Positions 62,301-64,000 of a stretch of DNA of 64,000 bases are shown in pieces (positions within the stretch are counted from its first letter, which is position 1; the number at the start of each line of letters is the position of its first letter). The notes below the pieces were generated by a model, which ran no database searches, was not told where the DNA came from, and saw only the letters and a program-made list of their open reading frames with translations. A program made the position numbers and the translations under genes. This DNA comes from an uncultured virus (IMG/VR IMGVR_UViG_3300032007_000042) (taxonomy: Duplodnaviria > Heunggongvirae > Uroviricota > Caudoviricetes > Crassvirales): the IMG/VR virus record IMGVR_UViG_3300032007_000042; one strand, written 5' to 3'.

Positions 62301-62677
62301 TCAAGAGCCTTACCTAACTTAACTACAGGCTTCTTGATGAGCAGAGAATATTTACCATCAGCATTTTTATAATATACTATGGCCTCAGCTGGGAAATACT
62401 TAGAAGCTTCTGTCATAGCTTTCTGAAGGTCATCAAAAGTATTATAAGTACTAACACCACTATACTCCTTTTGCCAAAGCTCTCTTGCTACTATTACTGG
62501 CTCTTCATAAGGGATAGCACCTAACTGAGCTTGAATATAACTATCAGAAGGAAAAAGCTCTTCTGAGCCAGTCTCTTTCCAATACTTATGAACAATCAAC
62601 TCAAGAGTATTATCACTAACATTATGCTTAGCTGCTAGTGATTTAAATTCTTTACTACTTTTATTAACACAATTCAT
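50342..62677 (-). CDS. Virion-packaged DNA-dependent RNA polymerase polyprotein (4111 aa) with multiple N-terminal accessory domains
   Basis: GSDFDIDK catalytic motif (DFDID at 53030-53044) preceded by YRIPTEDKYSM, as in phi14:2 gp66-type RNAPs. Also HELIH (61988-62002), GYAGTGKT/IIDEASM/HKSQGS, FVFGSN and HSGGAYGSD. Confidence 0.9.
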   Translation of the reverse strand: MNCVNKSSKEFKSLAAKHNVSDNTLELIVHKYWKETGSEELFPSDSYIQAQLGAIPYEEPVIVARELWQKEYSGVSTYNTFDDLQKAMTEASKYFPAEAIVYYKNADGKYSLLIKKPVVKLGKALEDIQKKGYLEARKESIGTEDNKEYSVNKAKELFNKFNADRTSLPLADKIFKLADTIGIKVVFSNDLKDGNMGAFGHNTIILNKDFYENSNSNDKKAATILHELIHAITTYAISDKVNAESLSKPLQEFRKDIHQLFTELQYNHVLKGERGVLNEREFIAELSNPIFRQKIQAIDNNRKESFWQRVVNAIKKLLGIHSSSPYYTRMMNTLDKAINAFDVKTYMEYNGLNNALKQDATKNDLDYNNFIKNQKELDDIKAQAIKNGTFMKAPNGKPTNLTEQQWLQVRTKAFKDWFGDWENNPKNASKVVDENGEPLVVYHRTPNKFSVFDVNKIGSTTDSGQYGKGFYFGIKPDRAEGNYIIKAFLNIKNPYYITKDSHSSVLAYIFNRNEQEYPDWAKNRFNKNEIQELNNKDGVIDLTDDNEAVVKNPNQIKSATDNNGMFSTENDDIDYNTLSTDDIKKEIHDYVNSLPEGAVKSKEALHSFINGLTESDIKNIYNEIEQNRNDVNLVVDKLRQLARDKKPKGNQKYFTFKDGKSVKAPFIPNDQQTEALDKIDDFLKSNKKVMTLSGYAGTGKTSIMEMIAEKAKIDGMQIVFTATTNKATQVLKAKVGYIGYPVMTANKAFGIALEPGDKQEYDADDLKAVLVESKVAGSDAAIIDEASMISQENFDILTSIAKETGLKIIFVGDVAQLPPVERDNDSVKLSPVFTNKQGDVITLTKVERTGDNAILKEATNLRDGEELSGVSSFNKDGKGVAYMKPSSQEERDKIIKTFAPKMREDPDYFRILTYSNKSVAQYNDTVRRLLGYNDNTPRVGETILGYANYDYNKQTRQYGFINSGSYKVVSVAPSKVKKIHIEGEIVSLDVVPVTIEGIDGGTHTYDMVDIKGNDANKKAVTKIAKTLSNLWAQWKSTPAISQKRIILEAINGLEKSLFVNDNIFNERGYKLLNKRYDFGYAMTIHKSQGSTFKNVLLDDVNIAMYNNYLDREALKNAESKVHHSVDASSVDITNNGIAAAHSNMDNAEIESSTDFDLFGDDNTQGAASSQTNTTQDNTSDMVDIRRQLEYVGVSRASDTVTIISNDVKKEGSPLSPKDTPTEPDTTDTIKNYTIPNHYTGMITPDANTIFVFGSNPEGRHGAGAAKTAVEKFGAKYKQGEGLQGNAYALPTKDISTRDDISDIKRNSDGSIEFNAKTPYGQFTSKYVGNTLYIKNDKGDFVQSDTFGVYSLDNNDILGYVNRKLNKDLRSISPAQITENIKKMYEVARQHPDKQFKIAYTNGLNQATLNGYTGREMIKMFKDAGPIPSNVVFNKEWTDHWNEVTTDKDNNTQDNSLNNKDIGSNTLNSVNNTYINHSGGAYGSDFYWGNIGEKYGVESKHYYGEGNKTPFGNTPVSKSAMKEADSHLEKANKTLNRRFPTSNEYVNNLLRRNWQQVKNSDAIFAVSTIADNNTVNGGTGWAVQMAIDNNKPVHVFDQDKGKWYEYNYSTKSWDETDTPTLTKNFAGIGSRKIDDTGKKAIEEVYKKTFENNASLTDKDNNPNTINPVQKVLSDKKVDMQKTLSLPNFEHFVYNRAAKDLKGIEIDYPWKESYLKELDSQFRRMEDEDDEVYHMSNEGKQYNQKLIDKMKVILNAKDKDDYLDEKQRKEKEEEQAAKSDFHRLNQQYANLLNGMTGEDLKYVSSPLKVSEIRDIAELTMDYISDTISDIQAKEGLAKQLFPNVKPKEGFDFTKATREEIIGTIGIENLLNHVKKVFDPEQNDWFDNVDDFIDATTKADFIRNNWDAIVKIGSDIFTFNEGIGISRDYGNHRFSTTKENLQLDINNFNDFNDEDSLNETEGDAQEHWQVDFRTIDAMMSMSALVRKAIHECYKLDENGEPVVNPLFGIKERIDPRQVTNSILRWTQGSLTLEDMIQKLNEKKVDNPWLEQLINRLQDKSNPVNIDLQSQFFGVFSKHFQLYSIVLDQNGKFTCINANAHPALTEVMDSIVAKYNIGEHPLFQTSGLINRTALDTLHQAENNLPEWNFRGMKKEVDMSPDKMNEYAEWLSKVSSVLGFDATPDMVASVLNKDTLSTMVEKLHYLVENLDNVISKSEEYQEKYNPFEFKGSNAIKGEIQSFIKPITEILEDTAINAFYNSGKMYQSYVIPSFTTKLFQKFTKSTNEKFKEFMEEEYGKSQWFGKKEWSRQYGEIMHWNVPWLKYMGSYRSILDHRVQLSFNGHNYMKNLTDPEYALSVLSEYFSVETENGLAVAWFRIPMESNKPSEEFIKFRAYREDLYKKSIVDDLSDMVFMEISRIQTVMRRNLSKGDKGFIKNFDTNGRQFCFFPFLNDYIEKGGNRTILKDAEGNVSDDNEVLAELLQKKIKGEEELTPEDEIKLKDLIEKATTAYMQNRANNILEMMDKKGIIQAAQKVKNIIDPDFLSTKDDNGNELEGDALDKHNEFVNGKIKDAIENFIWNDYLASKNILMMLVGDTAFYKDAEDLQKRLAELHAPGIRANVHATDYGDPKKGIEPKRVSDGKYRTLILKDFDDFKSNIIANLTEVFDRKIAQAKPYEKAGMMALKEDVIRAYSEINVADAEGYSCMTSYRKKALMFGKWGLNAEEIYKKILNGTYTYTDLKTAFQPMKPFVYTHLLKNMNAAKAPITQMYCPFQAKNSEVLLVMADALLRNEETSRPNLLRAISNIMEDSAYDGRERDTTGKIIKQGTYNGKGIDTVQFESAIKSSLQTPLDLNQFIDDKENGEVRAYTYLKSRIYKEGTNDYDTDNYVQEAPFEDYAIQQEIPEHFKDHSQAHGSQIRMIIPSDLDYYYDVEKGREHPEDESNIVKYEWTDDKGKKHSLNANEFRHHYESTIAENILDSLDKLAREFHLQDSNGDTIEDKKERNMALSQILVKEIDSSPRYGVDLRWACSLNDDGEFNIPLGDPIQCKRIEQLINSIIKNRVNKQEIAGGPIVQVSNYGASKQLHIRFNDKNGNLMPSEEEFNKAKEEGTLTDEQKKYSSYQDYAKENQGGIAYFEVFAPIWSDEIAEKFMDKDGNIDMKAIEETNPEMLKLITYRIPTEDKYSMAPCKIVGFMPRQAGETIMLPYELTSIDGSDFDIDKRYVMRKDYKIIVSKKKVEKELHKRAEAFIAAKKNAALTYNDKTTLNNKISVFLDTIDRSDADKLLSGNLDKELKRLYQEILDDKEVMKHCYTTAEVSKNSKQFNDNEIVNMSWAVLTNPTSADKILNPGGFELQKKVGYMVAAYKNPANADVSWDKLHALETGDLKKLSYTQKDLAWFDTQMQFYKQNSAAATLIGIFAVNKIAHAVLEADDFYIDIDEICGTGFNIGKIGNKDGEYKGLNFAGRMKVDPRYDSKGNIIGKVLGSLVGASADAVKDPVLNLMNINITTAGMLNTMIRLGLPFEDAALFLSQDIVTRVIDEFNKRNLSGYASIDDVVNDFLDDIAAEEHINENSNINYEAISKQELIDGLREGDHKASDYKVLLVFSKLKAITDRMRNITFATRFNSISSAVGPLIVDNLIMEHKIGNFLSKENANLDYIKPKERTKNNEPAHTAFYDKKGNVVDINDVWAAHPILDSFKSTVGIAHKIFDAANMPTNSTKFRTILATLDNYGLTEKVFSDKKLLDQLSTFYQSYMLMASELIDSENLSYYINEFPKKFLKYQQDPKYKDNALIQAIKLNFSRKTKKPFLQIKITGMDAKQKEELGSAWVDLYKENQNLSNALFQYSFFRAGIGFSPKTFMALIPVYVKNHLSKTVDGEKITYNDVYKGMYNDRIVNDNVIDQFVRNNWDNNKLVSWANVKKDGLSVNLRTKTLTVYTEDGYNSLMGKMFIKTSAYGNTYLWKKRNNIWSKKETWIYDMISPLGNNGEYLEISTNEISKALADTKEVKAKDNQADSDIRDHNAIDDEASSTHNPTTPDSVVKQNAASLKDMFINSNSRLADKDSISGKTRAENLIEAYKKPGAAEKNVGILQKIFKANGLNLNEEETIKKFREMC

Positions 62678-62702
62678 ATTAACGTTATTATGATTTATGA
62701 GG

Positions 62703-62710
62703 CAAAGATA
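62703..62710 (-). promoter_or_regulatory. Bacteroidetes sigma -7 box TATCTTTG(C) upstream of the RNAP gene
   Basis: The + strand reads CAAAGATA, 25 nt from the RNAP start codon. Confidence 0.65.
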
Positions 62711-62863
62711 CTATATAATCTGATTACTTATGAATACCTAAATAAAACCTTTAGGAATGATAAATTGCTTTAACTTATGTCTTTATATGCTTTATTAGGC
62801 ATAAAAATAGCTTCTATAGCAGGTATAGAGACTATAAAAGCTTATAAGATAAGAAGACTGTAA

Positions 62864-63361
62864 TTATCTACTGGCTTCAATGATATAGTTATTATACTCC
62901 TCTTGAGGAATCTTATCTATAGCCTTCAAGAGACTCTCAACAAAGTTGACGAGATTATCATAGTTTCCCCAGCCATTCTCAGGATTAAAATTCTCATAGT
63001 ATTTTCTATGTTCTTTAAGGTCTTCAAGGCATATAGAGAGAGCCTTAACATAGGAAGGAGTAAGTTTTCCACTTATTGTCAGCAATGTTGTTTCTTCAGG
63101 TCTCCAGAGAATACTATGTAGAGATGTTTTATCTGGGCAATAACAATAACAATGGTCTGCCATTGTTCCTAAGTTATGAGTAATGTTATCATGCCAATAT
63201 ATATTATCTTCTGGAGTTATCTCTTCTATATTAGCATCTGGATAGAGTTTATTAGCTTCTTCTAAAGAAAGCTCTTTTGTTTGACCATTCTCTCTTATAT
63301 AGATACCTGTGCCTTTATGTTTTACAGGTTTCTTGCTAATGATATATAAATCTAAACTCAT
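62864..63361 (-). CDS. Hypothetical phage protein (165 aa)
   Basis: MSLDLY...NITHNLGTMA...NPENGWGNY. Overlaps the upstream gene by 4 nt. Confidence 0.8.
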   Translation of the reverse strand: MSLDLYIISKKPVKHKGTGIYIRENGQTKELSLEEANKLYPDANIEEITPEDNIYWHDNITHNLGTMADHCYCYCPDKTSLHSILWRPEETTLLTISGKLTPSYVKALSICLEDLKEHRKYYENFNPENGWGNYDNLVNFVESLLKAIDKIPQEEYNNYIIEASR

Positions 63362-63795
63362 ACTACTTTTATTAAATCAAGTTCTACAATACTATGAAAG
63401 TCACTGTAAGCTTTATCTCTTGCCTCAGCTTCACTATAAGCCATTTCCCATATAGTCTCACCATCCTCAGGGTCACTCTTGGTGTACATTCTGAAGTAAT
63501 ATTTATGAGCTATAGGATAGTTATTCTTTACCTGCTTCTTCTGTACTTTCTTAATAGTATCATCAGAAGGAGAGAAAGTAGGCTGGAGCTCTGTAAATAT
63601 CTTTAGCTTACCTCCTTTAGTGAGGAATACTCTACTGAGATATGCCTTTAATTTCTTTCCTGTAATATCATAGTCAAAGCTATGATGATAGGGTAGGACT
63701 ATCTCATTATCATGGTCAGAATCATTACTTATTATTCTGACTATAGCCTTTCTGCAATCAGTAGAGAGACTATTCCAATACTTTAATGTAATCAT
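63358..63795 (-). CDS. Hypothetical protein (145 aa)
   Basis: Intact ORF coupled to the next gene. Confidence 0.75.
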   Translation of the reverse strand: MITLKYWNSLSTDCRKAIVRIISNDSDHDNEIVLPYHHSFDYDITGKKLKAYLSRVFLTKGGKLKIFTELQPTFSPSDDTIKKVQKKQVKNNYPIAHKYYFRMYTKSDPEDGETIWEMAYSEAEARDKAYSDFHSIVELDLIKVV

Positions 63796-64000
63796 AGTTA
63801 TTCCATTAATTTATTCCAAAGATAATAGCAGATTGCAAGAAGGATGTAACCTGCTATTACTCTAATAATGAATATTAATATTGACATACTTAATGATTTA
63901 GTAGTTTTTTAATCTTATCTCTCACTAACTCAGCTTCTTTGCGCGTTTTAAAAATGTTACCAAATTGATAACTTAATTCATCATCATATGTACCATACCA

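Noticed and set aside
1..64000. TAG or TGA stop-codon reassignment, known in some crAss-like phages
   Set aside because: All core genes, including the 2688- and 4111-aa ORFs, are intact in code 11 and no suppressor tRNA is visible.
1..64000. tRNA, rRNA or self-splicing introns
   Set aside because: No cloverleaf with a T-loop consensus was seen in the intergenic gaps, and no core gene appears split.

Overview
This window is the virion-structure and transcription part of a crAss-like (Crassvirales) phage genome. The host is probably a Bacteroidetes, since TAnnTTTG promoter boxes are present. The DNA is AT-rich, strongly CG-depleted and reads cleanly in genetic code 11. Gene order matches the PhiCrAss001-type (beta/Steigviridae-like) layout as I recall it. 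The + strand carries accessory fibre genes, a small uncharacterised operon, an intein-containing terminase, an acidic pre-MCP protein, the major capsid protein, ring, auxiliary-capsid and tail-hub genes, an HU/IHF-like gene, the muzzle, a fibre and three cargo genes. Converging on the - strand are a 1330-aa cargo gene and a 4111-aa virion RNA polymerase (DFDID motif). Four observations stand out. (1) The RNAP carries a ~1650-aa N-terminal string of zincin, ART-like, SF1B helicase, macro-like and SLOG-like domains. (2) A ~3.3-kb CG-richer fibre cassette is inserted in frame in the tail-hub-B gene between 66-nt direct repeats, leaving an alternative C-terminus downstream. (3) A [YF]xxGGx[LIM]-like motif recurs ~9 times in cargo protein 1 and twice in an unannotated 43-aa basic ORF. 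(4) A promoter-led, CCC-motif/zincin operon of unknown function precedes terL. All family assignments come from motifs and synteny read by eye, not from database searches.
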